A DNA stretch of 64,000 nucleotides, from the NCBI GenBank assembly GCA_000002445.1, contig CM000208.1, positions 960,001 to 1,024,000 on the forward strand. The letters are read 5' to 3'. Positions 10,824 through 21,132 of the stretch are shown in pieces. Made by a program: the position numbers and the translations under genes. The stretch's first letter is position 1; the number at the start of each line of letters is the position of its first letter. Source of the stretch: Trypanosoma brucei. Its lineage: Eukaryota. The notes beneath the pieces are model-generated. The model searched no databases, was not told where the DNA came from, and was given only the letters and a program-made list of their open reading frames with translations.

Positions 10824-12266
10824 TCACAACACGTTTGTAGGGGTATGAAGACACAAACACAAACCCATCTGCTCCTTGAGAAGCTGGTCAGCGCTACACG
10901 GTCGGCCTAAACGAAATGACAGACCCCTCCAGTCACAATTACCTCGACGCCCAACACCTCCGTAGGCCGCACCCCACGTAGCACGATGCCACCACGGAAT
11001 TCCTCCGCAAGAGTACCAACTGCGCAGTTGTAGCAGAAGTTCCCCTTCCTTCTCCGCTTTGAGATTGCAATCCTTGGCATTGCCCCCGGATGCATTGATC
11101 TTCCGGACCCCTGAGCTGCACCCCAAACTCTCCGGATACTGTAAATGTTGAAGCTGCGTGTATATCTCCTTTTGAGTTGGGCGTGGCCGCACGTCGGGGC
11201 GCGCCACCGCTTCGTTAATGTACAATAATCGGGGAAGACCACACGAAGCAACCGGCACAAAACGGGGCCCTGCCGCAGAGGCTGCTGAAGAAGGATGGAC
11301 ACCTGTCAAGTTTTTCATTTCAGGGTCCAATACCGGAGATCCTTCATATCCCCGCCGCAATGCGCGAGGATAACCATAGGTCGAGGTAACAGGAGAGTCA
11401 CTTCCCTTCACGGTGTTGATGCTATCAGTGGGTTGCAGTATCCGCCCCCCTGAATATTCTACAACAGGGTCGCTTACAACTGCAGCGTCAACTAGCTCCC
11501 TTTGCATACGGCACCACTGCTCATGCCAATACTCACTAAACGGCACCGCCTCCCGAAGTGATAATTGCCACAGCTGCAGGTGCGTGCTCAAAAGCAGCGG
11601 ATTAAGTGGGCACGCCCAAAAACCTACTACCTCCACCCAGTGCTGAGGACTAAATACCAGGCAACACAGCTTTCCCTCCTTTTCATCGTTAATATATTCA
11701 GCCTGTGGTTCAAAAGCCATAGTAACGGGAATTCGGAGGCAATGTAAGATCATTTTCGAAGTTCTGTGAAGAAACTGGCGCCGAACCCTCTCTGCGGCAA
11801 CGCGGCGCAGCAGTGGATCGATAACACAAAAGCACAACATATAAAATCCATAACAAAATTGGCACATTACGATCTCCGATATCGTGAGCGCTTCATCGCG
11901 GAAATTTAACGGGGTGCACTGTGCCGCCTCAAGCCCATCTAACTGAAGCAGCATTGCCTTCCTGTCCACAGCGGACATGGATTTGAGTGGTAAGTTGTGT
12001 ATCACTTCCCTAAGTTGTTGAATTTTACAGTAGACAGAAAGTCGCTCGCGGTTCGTCGTACACAATGACCCTGGAAGATCCTGAATACTACGATTGAGAA
12101 GAGCATACTGCTGCATTAATTGTAACAAGTACGATTTCTCCGCTTGTATAGACGATTCCATTTCTTCCCGTTCAGTGTATCGATCACCATAAAAATGTTT
12201 GCAAAAGACATACTGCCCGCATCCCGCAAGTGTGGCCCCTAACATCCAAATATGTAACCGCGGCAT
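10824..12266 (-). CDS. Hypothetical protein, 480 aa, N-terminal hydrophobic segment
   Basis: Long ORF in the same orientation as its neighbours. GTG at 12267-12269; ATG M2 at 12264-12266. Coding-like composition. No domain I can name. Confidence 0.5.
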   Translation of the reverse strand: MPRLHIWMLGATLAGCGQYVFCKHFYGDRYTEREEMESSIQAEKSYLLQLMQQYALLNRSIQDLPGSLCTTNRERLSVYCKIQQLREVIHNLPLKSMSAVDRKAMLLQLDGLEAAQCTPLNFRDEALTISEIVMCQFCYGFYMLCFCVIDPLLRRVAAERVRRQFLHRTSKMILHCLRIPVTMAFEPQAEYINDEKEGKLCCLVFSPQHWVEVVGFWACPLNPLLLSTHLQLWQLSLREAVPFSEYWHEQWCRMQRELVDAAVVSDPVVEYSGGRILQPTDSINTVKGSDSPVTSTYGYPRALRRGYEGSPVLDPEMKNLTGVHPSSAASAAGPRFVPVASCGLPRLLYINEAVARPDVRPRPTQKEIYTQLQHLQYPESLGCSSGVRKINASGGNAKDCNLKAEKEGELLLQLRSWYSCGGIPWWHRATWGAAYGGVGRRGNCDWRGLSFRLGRPCSADQLLKEQMGLCLCLHTPTNVL

Positions 12267-12485
12267 CACCGCAACGAGGCTAATTCAGATCTTTGTACCG
12301 TCGGGTTACACCTTTCCACCTCCTGCTCACTTAAAGAAAGGGAGAGAGGTTAAGGTTGCTACAACCCTGAACTCAGCTTCGATTTTGTGTTTATAAGTTG
12401 CCTTTGGACAAAATGGTGATGAAACCACAAAAGAAAGAAATCTGTAATCAAATACATGCATACATACGCACACACGCTCATAAGA

Positions 12486-12509
12486 ATATATATATATATA
12501 TATATATAT
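12486..12509. repeat. (AT)12 microsatellite
   Basis: Perfect AT run in the 1.7-kb spacer 12267-13992. Confidence 0.9.
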
Positions 12510-13669
12510 TCACGTACTGCATTTTATCAATACAGTTGGTGTTATATTATCATGCAGGTTTCCTATCAAGTAGATGGGTGGCGAGAAGCTAGTAAAGAGT
12601 GTACGTTCTCAACCGGTCAGTTTGTGAAATTTATTTCGCAAACAATAAGCCAAATACGGCTTGCAAACAAAAAAGGAAAAACGAGGGGCAAAGCCAAGAA
12701 CATGTTAACAAAAGAAATACTAAAGGTAACCCCCTACGGTACATCGGAACATATTCACAACAATAAATATTAGCAATGCCTCGCTTACATACGCAACGGT
12801 TGCCCCATGATTTCATATTCCTTACATGGTCCACACGATGGGGGTTAGACAATAAAATCAAGAAAGATGTCGCGACAAGCAAGTTGTATAAGTAGATACA
12901 TGCATATACATGTATATTTAAATATTAATTATGCCTAGGTATGTTGGTAAGGTGCTGGCAGTTTCCAACCATCCCATACCCCCCCCCTACTTTACGAAAA
13001 AAAAAAAGAGAATATCAAAAACAACCAAACCAAGCACAATACACAATTTCATCACGGCATACTACGAGCAGTTGCAATAGCAAAGAAACCAGTAAAAGAC
13101 GATGGCACTACAACATCAATGACAGTCATTACAAGTTTACTGGCGTAGCTCGGCACAGCGCACTTGGTGTCATTTATAAGGAAAAACAACCCACAAGTAG
13201 CAAAAGAGGAACAAACAAAAGGTGTGAATAAAACACCACCGTCATCAAACAAAGCAAATACTTTACAGCTCCGGTGTCACCCGACACACAAAGCCAAAGT
13301 AGATCGTAGTGCCCCACATCAACACCAACAGTGGAAAGGATGCAAACCATCAACAACAACAACAAAACAGCGAACAAAGATGTTGAAACTCGAATTTTTT
13401 TTTTCGCCAAACCGGTTACTTCCTCACGAAACGTATCAAAACGAGTGCGCTAACCCCGTGACTTACCACTGACTAATATATATACATGGGTATATATAAG
13501 TGCACATAAAACCACATATGCACATCTTCGTTTATATAAAGATATATGTACATAGAATAAGTGAGCACCCTCATTTTTTTTTTGCTCATCTGCATAAATG
13601 TAAACGCACAGAGGGGAAAGTTCACAAGTACGGTTATGCCAAATAAACCAGTTGGGTTCGCGGGTACGC

Positions 13670-13740
13670 AGGGGGGAGGGGGGCGCGGAAAAAGGGAAAG
13701 ATTGTGGTACAATTCCATATGCCCCCCCCCCCAAAAAAAA
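13670..13740. repeat. G-run (G6AG6) / C11 / A8 homopolymer cluster
   Basis: caggggggagggggggcgcgg at 13670-13688, then 33 nt on, ccccccccccc at 13722-13732 and aaaaaaaa at 13733-13740. The G and C runs are mutually complementary. Confidence 0.8.
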
Positions 13741-13992
13741 GAAACAAGAGACTACCTCCCTTTATACACGGAGGAACTTTTCCCGACTCGACAATGCTTC
13801 CCGACATTACAAAAACCAACACAAACACACCAACATATTTATGTGTGCGCACGCACAGAGGTGCAGTCACAATTATATAAAAGTTTCTTCGTTTTCCTTT
13901 TTGCTTCGTTTCTCCTCATCCTCTAATCTTTTGAATACGGCGCATTTCCGGACCTCCCACACATGCATCCACATTCTCTCCTTTCACTACTG

Positions 13993-15549
13993 TTAAAGAT
14001 TTCTGTTGATGATGGACCGCGCAAATACTGCAACAACCAGCCACAAAGTGATCCACAAGAATGAGAGAAACATCACATTAGAAACTGGCGTTATACGAAA
14101 GGTAGTGTCTCCAGGATACGTTTCGGTTGATTTTCCAGGATTTTGCATCAAATGTATCAATAGGCCCTTATGATCTGAAGCACTGAAGTCCTCATTAAAC
14201 AGAACATATCCATCGGGTACGGGTTGCCCGCTTCGAAGAGATTCCGCGGATGACGAGGTGATACTTCCACTTTCCTGAAGACGGTGAACAATATCTTCTG
14301 GGAGCTCCGGCGGCAGCACCCGAACATTGCTGAGCAATGTCCAGTCTAATTTCCCTTTCACGAAACCGTAAAAATCAGGGTTATCCAAGGTGACGGAGCG
14401 CACCTTATCACTTGGATCGTAGAAGCAGAGGCTCTTATTGTCCATCGCCTCCAGTTCCTCGGGGGAAAAACCATACAGAAGTCGGTACATGGTATCGCTG
14501 TTAATGACACGATTATATAACCTCCGTAAGGTAGAAACAATATTGGATAGCTGTGAAGCGGGTTCGGCGCTATCAACCCACTGCATACCCCGCGAAAGTA
14601 TTTTCCGCTGCAACCAACATGATTCCTTCTCGCCGATGCTGAGAAACCGCATTCGATCGTTCGCAACAGTTTTAGACAACCGCACAACGCCGTAAACGAC
14701 AGTGTTGAGATCGCCACCAAGAACGAACGCGGGTTGTTGATCCATTCCTTCGCTCTCCTTTAGCAAAGCGTTAGCATCACGCAACACGTCCACTAACTGC
14801 CGCGCTCGCCCAAGCACCCCACAAAAAATTTCAAAATGGCAGGAGTACAAGTATAAGTCTGGCATAGAGACGTTCTCGCGCTCACAACTTTTGATACAGC
14901 ACCGCATAAAATAACGAAATCCGCAGCGTGGCTCCCGCAACTTAACACCATGCTTCTCCCAGTCCAGCCCAACATAATGCGGAATAGCGGTAACATTACT
15001 TAGAGTGGCGACAGAGGAAAGTATAGCATTCCCATGAAAATGGCGTTGACCCCTTCGCTGCCCCGAAATCCCACCGGCACCAGAATTCCCGCTTCTGCTA
15101 TCCAAATGCAATGTCGGTTGGGAAAGCGGTCCAACAGCGTTTTTCGGGGAGCGAAGTGTCGAGTCCAACTCCTCAAACTCGCAGAGAAAATAAACCTCCA
15201 TTTCTAGGGCCTTTGCCAGTTCTTTGGCCACATTGCGATAACCGGACCGTCGGCAGTTGATATCCAGTTCCTGCAGGATAAGTATATCTGCTTTCAGGGC
15301 ACGGAATGTGTCCTTAACACGATCCCATTGAATGCCTCGCTCGATATTCCACTGGACAACGTGAAACTGATCGGGAAGACGTTTTTCCTTCGCCATCGGC
15401 GTCCTGTAGTCGTAGTGCAGAAATCCTCCTGGAGTCAGTTTTTCCAACTGTTCCTCGGCGCTTTCGTTAAATGTAGCATCGTGCAGACATTCCCTATCGA
15501 TGCGCATCGACGCATGGTTGGCATCCACAAACTTACCGGTACTGGACAT
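13993..15549 (-). CDS. Endonuclease/exonuclease/phosphatase (EEP) family protein with C-terminal transmembrane segment
   Basis: The track ORF starts at TTG (15640-15642). The first ATG is codon 32 (cat 15547-15549). EEP-like N-terminal block QFHVVQWNIERG...ADILILQELD and later GGDLNT. C-terminal hydrophobic stretch FLSFLWITLWLVVAVFA. Confidence 0.55.
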   Translation of the reverse strand: MSSTGKFVDANHASMRIDRECLHDATFNESAEEQLEKLTPGGFLHYDYRTPMAKEKRLPDQFHVVQWNIERGIQWDRVKDTFRALKADILILQELDINCRRSGYRNVAKELAKALEMEVYFLCEFEELDSTLRSPKNAVGPLSQPTLHLDSRSGNSGAGGISGQRRGQRHFHGNAILSSVATLSNVTAIPHYVGLDWEKHGVKLREPRCGFRYFMRCCIKSCERENVSMPDLYLYSCHFEIFCGVLGRARQLVDVLRDANALLKESEGMDQQPAFVLGGDLNTVVYGVVRLSKTVANDRMRFLSIGEKESCWLQRKILSRGMQWVDSAEPASQLSNIVSTLRRLYNRVINSDTMYRLLYGFSPEELEAMDNKSLCFYDPSDKVRSVTLDNPDFYGFVKGKLDWTLLSNVRVLPPELPEDIVHRLQESGSITSSSAESLRSGQPVPDGYVLFNEDFSASDHKGLLIHLMQNPGKSTETYPGDTTFRITPVSNVMFLSFLWITLWLVVAVFARSIINRNL

Positions 15550-16036
15550 GATGCTTATGGGGGTTTCCAAGGATGCAGGAGCAAAAGGAGAGAAGTGACC
15601 ATGTTTTACATAGGGGAAAATACAACACAGAAAGTACAACAACTCTCATCTAACCTTCCTCTACCACATGCGCAGGCCAACCGTTAGTAGCACATAAAGA
15701 ATAACAACAACAACAAAAGACGTGGGAACAGCTGATTTTTAAAACATGTTACCCAAACAAGCATACGGAGCAAGGGTAGGGAGTTTTGGAGGGGGAAAAA
15801 CAGAGGGAAAACGTAATACCAATCAAATGCCCATCACGCTATCGGTTGCCAGTTACACATTCGAATCACGTTTCGCTACCGCTAAAATATAGTTTCCACC
15901 TTCCCCCCCCCATTGTTTTAAATACCAACTCCCCTCCCAGTTTCCCCCGCTGCTCACCATTCATAACAATAGCAATAATGAACTTAACTACCCTCTGGTG
16001 CAGGAGGTAAGTGAGGCGCACCAAACAATCTTCCTT

Positions 16037-16888
16037 CTACACAACAAGATCCGCCTCGGTCACATCATTATCATCTTTACCAGGACTCATGGACAGAAGG
16101 TTCGAAGCTGCAGCAGCGGCATTATCAGCAGCTTCTTTGCGGTCTTTGTTCTGCTGTAAAATTTTCTTCTTCTTCTGAATCATCTTCAAACGGAAGAACT
16201 CCTCACGTTCCTGCTCATCAAGCTCAGAGGAGATGTAATTCAACGTGTTTTCCATTCGTGGGATAACGACCTTCTCTAGTGCATTTACACGTCGACTTGT
16301 TACTTTCTGAGCGACGTCGAGTGTCATCCAACTTACTTGAAGAGAGGCAATTTTCACGAAAAGTTTGAGTGTTTCGCGGAAGGCATCTCGGGCTTCTCGA
16401 AGTTGCTCGCCACCACGACCGATACCGGCGGCGCTTGTTGCTTGTTGTTTGCTAGGGCCGCCTCCACTCCCGTAGTTTCCGTAACTGTTAACTCCACTCC
16501 TGGATTTATTGTTCTGTTGATTACCACCGGCAGCTGTGGACTCATCACGGCTATTACGTTCCGTAAAAGCGGGTACACGAACACCAGCCACGTTATCTAC
16601 GCGTAATGTCAAAGTGTATGTGGGAAGTTTCAACGACTCCTGTACAGCAAGACTAATGTCGCCCGCAATGAATTGTGCCTGTGTGATGGTAAAATAGGAA
16701 CCCTTTATTTGGTCCGCCACCTCCAGCTTTGCACGCCGCAATTCGTCCATAACAGTGCGGTAGCGGAAAGCGAGTGCATCCGCTTTCTTCTTTAGGAGCG
16801 AGTGTCCCTTTTGAGCTCCCTTTAGGCGGGTTTTGAAAGCAATCAGCGACATGCGACTGGGAAGAGCAGTGTACCGGTTCGATGACAT
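16037..16888 (-). CDS. V-type proton ATPase subunit D
   Basis: ATG confirmed (cat 16886-16888). N-terminus YTALPSRMSLIAFKTRLKGAQKGHSLLKKKADALAFRYR matches conserved V-ATPase D (Vma8) family sequence. Size 283 aa. Confidence 0.85.
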   Translation of the reverse strand: MSSNRYTALPSRMSLIAFKTRLKGAQKGHSLLKKKADALAFRYRTVMDELRRAKLEVADQIKGSYFTITQAQFIAGDISLAVQESLKLPTYTLTLRVDNVAGVRVPAFTERNSRDESTAAGGNQQNNKSRSGVNSYGNYGSGGGPSKQQATSAAGIGRGGEQLREARDAFRETLKLFVKIASLQVSWMTLDVAQKVTSRRVNALEKVVIPRMENTLNYISSELDEQEREEFFRLKMIQKKKKILQQNKDRKEAADNAAAAASNLLSMSPGKDDNDVTEADLVV

Positions 16889-17054
16889 GATTCAGTGAGT
16901 AATACCAGTTTTTTTGTTGGGAAATTAATAATGTGTGTCTTCGTGTTTTCGGTGGGAAACTTAATGCTACTTAATTTTCGTGGTAAATTTATGTCAAAGA
17001 ATGTATTCTGCCTTAGTGACTCAAAGCGGGTTCAGCGTTTCTTTCTTTTTGTTT

Positions 17055-17130
17055 GAAGAAATTTTAAAAAACGAGGAAGTAAAAAATTATAATAAAGGAA
17101 AGAGTCAAAGAAGAGGTAAATTAGAAAAAA
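17055..17130 (-). promoter_or_regulatory. Polypyrimidine tract (coding strand) upstream of V-ATPase D ORF; candidate trans-splicing/polyadenylation signal
   Basis: Plus strand is almost purine-only (gaagaaattttaaaaaacgaggaagtaaaaaattataataaaggaaagagtcaaagaagagg), so a polyY run on the transcribed minus strand 170-240 nt upstream of ATG 16888. Confidence 0.4.
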
Positions 17131-17526
17131 TGGTATTTTATAACGGCCACCTAAGAGGCTTTAGACGATGAATGAAGCCACAAACTTTTAAAAGAAATAA
17201 CATTTGTGATCACAAACACCAACAGTTGTGATAGCGATAACTAATACCTTTAAACGCGAACCTACCAATCTTCACTTTTTCGCCTCATACCAAGTGAGAC
17301 ACCCAAATCCCTTTTGACAAGCCATTCCCAGTGCCTCATCTCCGTTGGTGCTCCGCATGTTGCTCCCTCCTGCCCTCGTTAAACGCATCCACACACATTC
17401 GAACAAGAGCCTGTGGCAAAGAAAAAAAAAAAAGAGCAAACTGCCATCGGAACATGTCACCAGGAAACATAAACGGGGGTAATAAGTTTGCACCTTTGCG
17501 TCATGTTGTCGGTAAAAGGTGGTTTC

Positions 17527-19629
17527 TCACCTTCCATCGCCTTTATTATCACCAACCTCTATCACCAGGCCAGAGGTGCTAATAGCCTCAGTGTTTGAAA
17601 ATGTGCCTTCTTCTGCGTTCCAACTTTCCATCGGCGGTATCTGCTGCTCCGTCTTGGCAACCTCTTGGCGGAGATACTGCGTTAAATCTGCATCGTATTT
17701 GAAGGCGATTTTCTTTGCCTCGGCAACGTGCCGTGTTGCTGCCGCGTACTTTTTCAAGGAGACGTACACTCGAGCTATGTGGTTGAGAGATTCAGCTGTC
17801 GCCATCTCACTACTTTCCCCTCGTGTACGCCGCACGTTCAATGCTTTTTCATGCCAAGTTAGCGCATCTGCATATCGCTTCTGTAGGTGGCAGCAATGGC
17901 CATACGTCGTATACACATCCGCTTGGGCAAGCACGTTAGATCTAGCGGTTTTGGCGTACATGTCGAGTGCACACTTGCACATCTTCTCACAATTCTCCGT
18001 GTCCTCGCGGTGTAGGTAGAGAAGTGCAAAATTACTGTAAGAATACGCGACGGTTGCATGAGTTTCACCGAGCATTTCAATACGGATATCAAGGGCCTCC
18101 TTTAGGCACGCCTCAGCCTTCTCGTAATGATGAAAATCAAGGTAGAGGAGCCCAAGATCATCCAGCACGTCAGTTAAAAAGGTCCGCTGCAGCGGCTCCA
18201 CCTTCGCATTTTCACGAAACTGCTCAATGGAAAGAAGGAAGTACGCCTCGGCATGCGACTCCCGCCGCATGGCGTACACATCACCAATTTTCTGGTATAA
18301 ATACGCTAACTGCGGATCTTTGCCGTTGCTGCTAAGACCACTAGGACTTTTGTTAGCTTTGCGCAACTCCACTGCATTCCGGAAGAGGTCAATAGCACGG
18401 TCCAAATCGCGTCGCTTTACAAGAAGTGAACCAAGGAATGTATACGCTTCCGCCAGCTGCAAGGCACTTGGTCCCAGGGCCTTTTTAATTATGTCAATGC
18501 CTTTTTCGTATGCTTTCTGAGAAGTAGAGTAATCATCGCACAGCTCTTCAATGCGACCAAGTTTCACGAGCTCCTGCCCGTACAGAGCAGAGTCTTCTCC
18601 CAGTGATGCGGCATACGCTCGGCAACTTTCCTCGTAAAATCTCTTCGCTTCACGGAACTGCCGGCGCGCGGCCAGCAGTGATGCTTTACTGCTAGTGGCT
18701 TGAGCCGTTGCGGGTGAGTCACGGCCCAATGAAGCGATACAGATGTCAAGGCACTCCGTGATGCACATTTCTGCCCCGGTAGAATCGTTAATAGTTTTTT
18801 TGAGTTCACACAACTTATTCAACGTTTGTGCGATGATTGGCCTAAACTTGTTGTGGCGCGTGTAAAGGAAGCGACGAATCTCGAGCGCTTCTTCAAGAAA
18901 TACGATAGCGCGATGTTCCTGATTTTGTAGAAGAAACAGCTGTGCACAGTCTGCTAATGCGTGTGCTGCAGAGGCTAGCGGGTGGTTCTGTGGTTCTGTC
19001 AATGCAGCGGCTTCAGCTTCAGCATTATCAGGTAGCCATGAACCCGCCGCGTGGTTGTAACAAACGTCACGAAAGATTTTTATACTCTCGCGAAAGGCCT
19101 TTTCCGCCTCAGGAATGAAATTTAGATGCGTGTATGCCAGCGCAAGAAGAGAAAGACTTTCTGCGTATTTGAGCGACTTGGCTCCTTCAACTTCCTCATA
19201 GATGGCTGCCGCTTCTGTGAGCGCATTTTCCGCCGCGGCCGGCTCGCGCATATCCAGGAAGACGCGACCAATGTTATGTAACGTGGCCGCGCATTTGCTG
19301 TGAATGGGTCCGTACTTCTCTCGTCGCATCGTGAGCGCGCGATCGTAAAGGGAAATCGCATCGCCATAGTTTTTTGTCTGGTGTGCGACTTTAGCAAGGC
19401 CGTTACACTCCTCCCCAAATTCAAATGTCATAGGAGCTCGTCCTGCTGCCTCACGGAAGCCTTTTGGCGCGTACTGCCGGGGCCCAATGAAGCGCTGCTG
19501 AAAGAAAAGTGCGTTCAAACGAATATTGGTAGGCAGCGGAGTGCGACTCCTCAAAAGAAAAATGCCACTGTTTCTTGCTACAGCTGAGTGCTGGCTTCCA
19601 AAGCGAGAAAAAGTGGCGGTGTTCATCAT
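17527..19629 (-). CDS. Tetratricopeptide-repeat (TPR) protein
   Basis: Track ORF starts at TTG. First ATGs are MM at 19627-19629 and 19624-19626. Multiple TPR-like units: AxxYxxLG...A...F / AL.IR...G, with recurrent AEAxxxY(Y)...A. Confidence 0.6.
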   Translation of the reverse strand: MMNTATFSRFGSQHSAVARNSGIFLLRSRTPLPTNIRLNALFFQQRFIGPRQYAPKGFREAAGRAPMTFEFGEECNGLAKVAHQTKNYGDAISLYDRALTMRREKYGPIHSKCAATLHNIGRVFLDMREPAAAENALTEAAAIYEEVEGAKSLKYAESLSLLALAYTHLNFIPEAEKAFRESIKIFRDVCYNHAAGSWLPDNAEAEAAALTEPQNHPLASAAHALADCAQLFLLQNQEHRAIVFLEEALEIRRFLYTRHNKFRPIIAQTLNKLCELKKTINDSTGAEMCITECLDICIASLGRDSPATAQATSSKASLLAARRQFREAKRFYEESCRAYAASLGEDSALYGQELVKLGRIEELCDDYSTSQKAYEKGIDIIKKALGPSALQLAEAYTFLGSLLVKRRDLDRAIDLFRNAVELRKANKSPSGLSSNGKDPQLAYLYQKIGDVYAMRRESHAEAYFLLSIEQFRENAKVEPLQRTFLTDVLDDLGLLYLDFHHYEKAEACLKEALDIRIEMLGETHATVAYSYSNFALLYLHREDTENCEKMCKCALDMYAKTARSNVLAQADVYTTYGHCCHLQKRYADALTWHEKALNVRRTRGESSEMATAESLNHIARVYVSLKKYAAATRHVAEAKKIAFKYDADLTQYLRQEVAKTEQQIPPMESWNAEEGTFSNTEAISTSGLVIEVGDNKGDGR

Positions 19630-19712
19630 TTTGGCAAACGTTTTGATCACCTTGCGTCCTCCTTTCCCCTCTTGTGTTAGTGTCAAAACTGCCCCCCTAC
19701 CACTCTTGCCAC

Positions 19713-19783
19713 TTGAAAGTTACGACGGTAATGGAAACAAAAAAGGAGAAAAAATTATAGAAAAATAGTAACGGGAAGAAGGC
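19713..19783 (-). promoter_or_regulatory. Polypyrimidine tract upstream of TPR-protein ORF
   Basis: Plus strand purine-rich (gaaagttacgacggtaatggaaacaaaaaaggagaaaaaattatagaaaaatagtaacgggaagaagg), 85-155 nt upstream of ATG 19629. Confidence 0.4.
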
Positions 19784-19818
19784 ATTTGTGGCATCCCCTG
19801 TATTGAAGCGTCCGTTGC

Positions 19819-20022
19819 TTTTTAAAAAAAAAAAATCAATAGGTGTTGTATGTGACGGAGCCTCCTTTTTTCTCTCTTTCTTAATAGCAATATTTTTTTT
19901 AAAAAAATATACACTACAAATTTCTCCGCCTTAATGCACTTAAACAGGAACCGCTGCCCCCTCCCCCCTCGCTTTTTGTCATTTTGCTTTTTTTTTTGAC
20001 TTCGGTTTTTTTAAAAAAAAAA
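19819..20022. repeat. Cluster of self-complementary TnAn homopolymer junctions (T5A12, T8A7, T10, T7A10) in gene-free spacer
   Basis: tttttaaaaaaaaaaaa at 19819-19835, ttttttttaaaaaaa at 19893-19907, tttttttttt at 19988-19997, and tttttttaaaaaaaaaa at 20006-20022. Confidence 0.8.
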
Positions 20023-21132
20023 CATAAATTATTTTTATCCCACAAGAAAGTGAGAAGGTAAAGACAATCAAAGGTGAATCATTTCCTCTCTTCTTCAACG
20101 TTAACAAAAAGAGAAAAGTTCGAGGGAACAGCGAAACCTAACGACACCACCCGCTTGAACTTACAAAAGTCAGCAGACCGATGTTAAGGGAGTATCCAGA
20201 AAAGGGAGAAAAAATCCGAGAGTAGAAGGGTGCGCGTGAAACGGAAGAAACAAAACATAAAAATGGTCAATGCAAAGAGAAATGCGCAAAAACAAAAACA
20301 AAAAAGATCTGACGGAATGGGTGGAGAAACATCCAGGTTGTTACGGAGGGATAATAGTGAGCAAATATAATGTCATAAATAAATAAAAGATCAGAGGCGA
20401 CGAGGGGTTTAAAAAAAAAAACGCAAATGAAATATGATCATTGCTTCGCTTCTATCTCCCTGCCACAACCCCACCGCACCGTTGGTCCCCTCTGCTTTCC
20501 ACACAAAATAAAGCAGCGGTTGCTTCTCTATACTTCACATCAAGTATTCCCCCTTTTCTTACACACTTGCAACCACGTACTTCCATCAACTTGCCGCAAC
20601 TGGACGCTGAGAAATGTACTTTATTTTGCTTCCGCATCGTTTCCGCTCTCTTGCTCACCTTTCAAAGCAAGGGTATATTCTCCGGAACATGCTTGTTCTG
20701 CGTTGACCAATAAGCAAAAAGTTTCATTCAAATGCATAGTACAAAAACAAGCAAACAAACATAAAGAATGTGGAAAAGTATAATATAACAAGTTCTTTAA
20801 AGGGGGAAAAAAGAGACAAATACAGATGCCTACATCACCTTCTCAGGTACGGACCACAAATCACAGAAATTACTTGTCCCTTCTCATTCATAAATTAACC
20901 AGTTACACGAATGGGCACAGCTACCCATATCAATATATATATATATACGTGAACGTGTAGGCGCACGTCCCCAACAACAGAAATGCTTCCCATTTTTTTC
21001 TGTCTCCGTTAGAGCTTGACGAAGGCACATCAGTGAAACAACATCCCATTTCTCGTGAGGGCATTGCTTGGGCTACACGTAAGCATATTTTAACTTTTGC
21101 TTCGTCCCACGTGCACTTACAGCGCCAGATCG

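Noticed and set aside
15855-15870. tRNA B-box-like ttcgaatc
   Set aside because: Lacks the GG of the GGTTCGANTCC consensus. No A box at the expected spacing upstream, and no cloverleaf-compatible flanks.
20427-20783. 118-aa and 90-aa plus-strand ORFs in a pyrimidine-rich stretch
   Set aside because: They lie in the 3' flank of the 1022-aa minus-strand gene. No homology, and no upstream polyY/AG context on the plus strand. Most likely 3'-UTR sequence.
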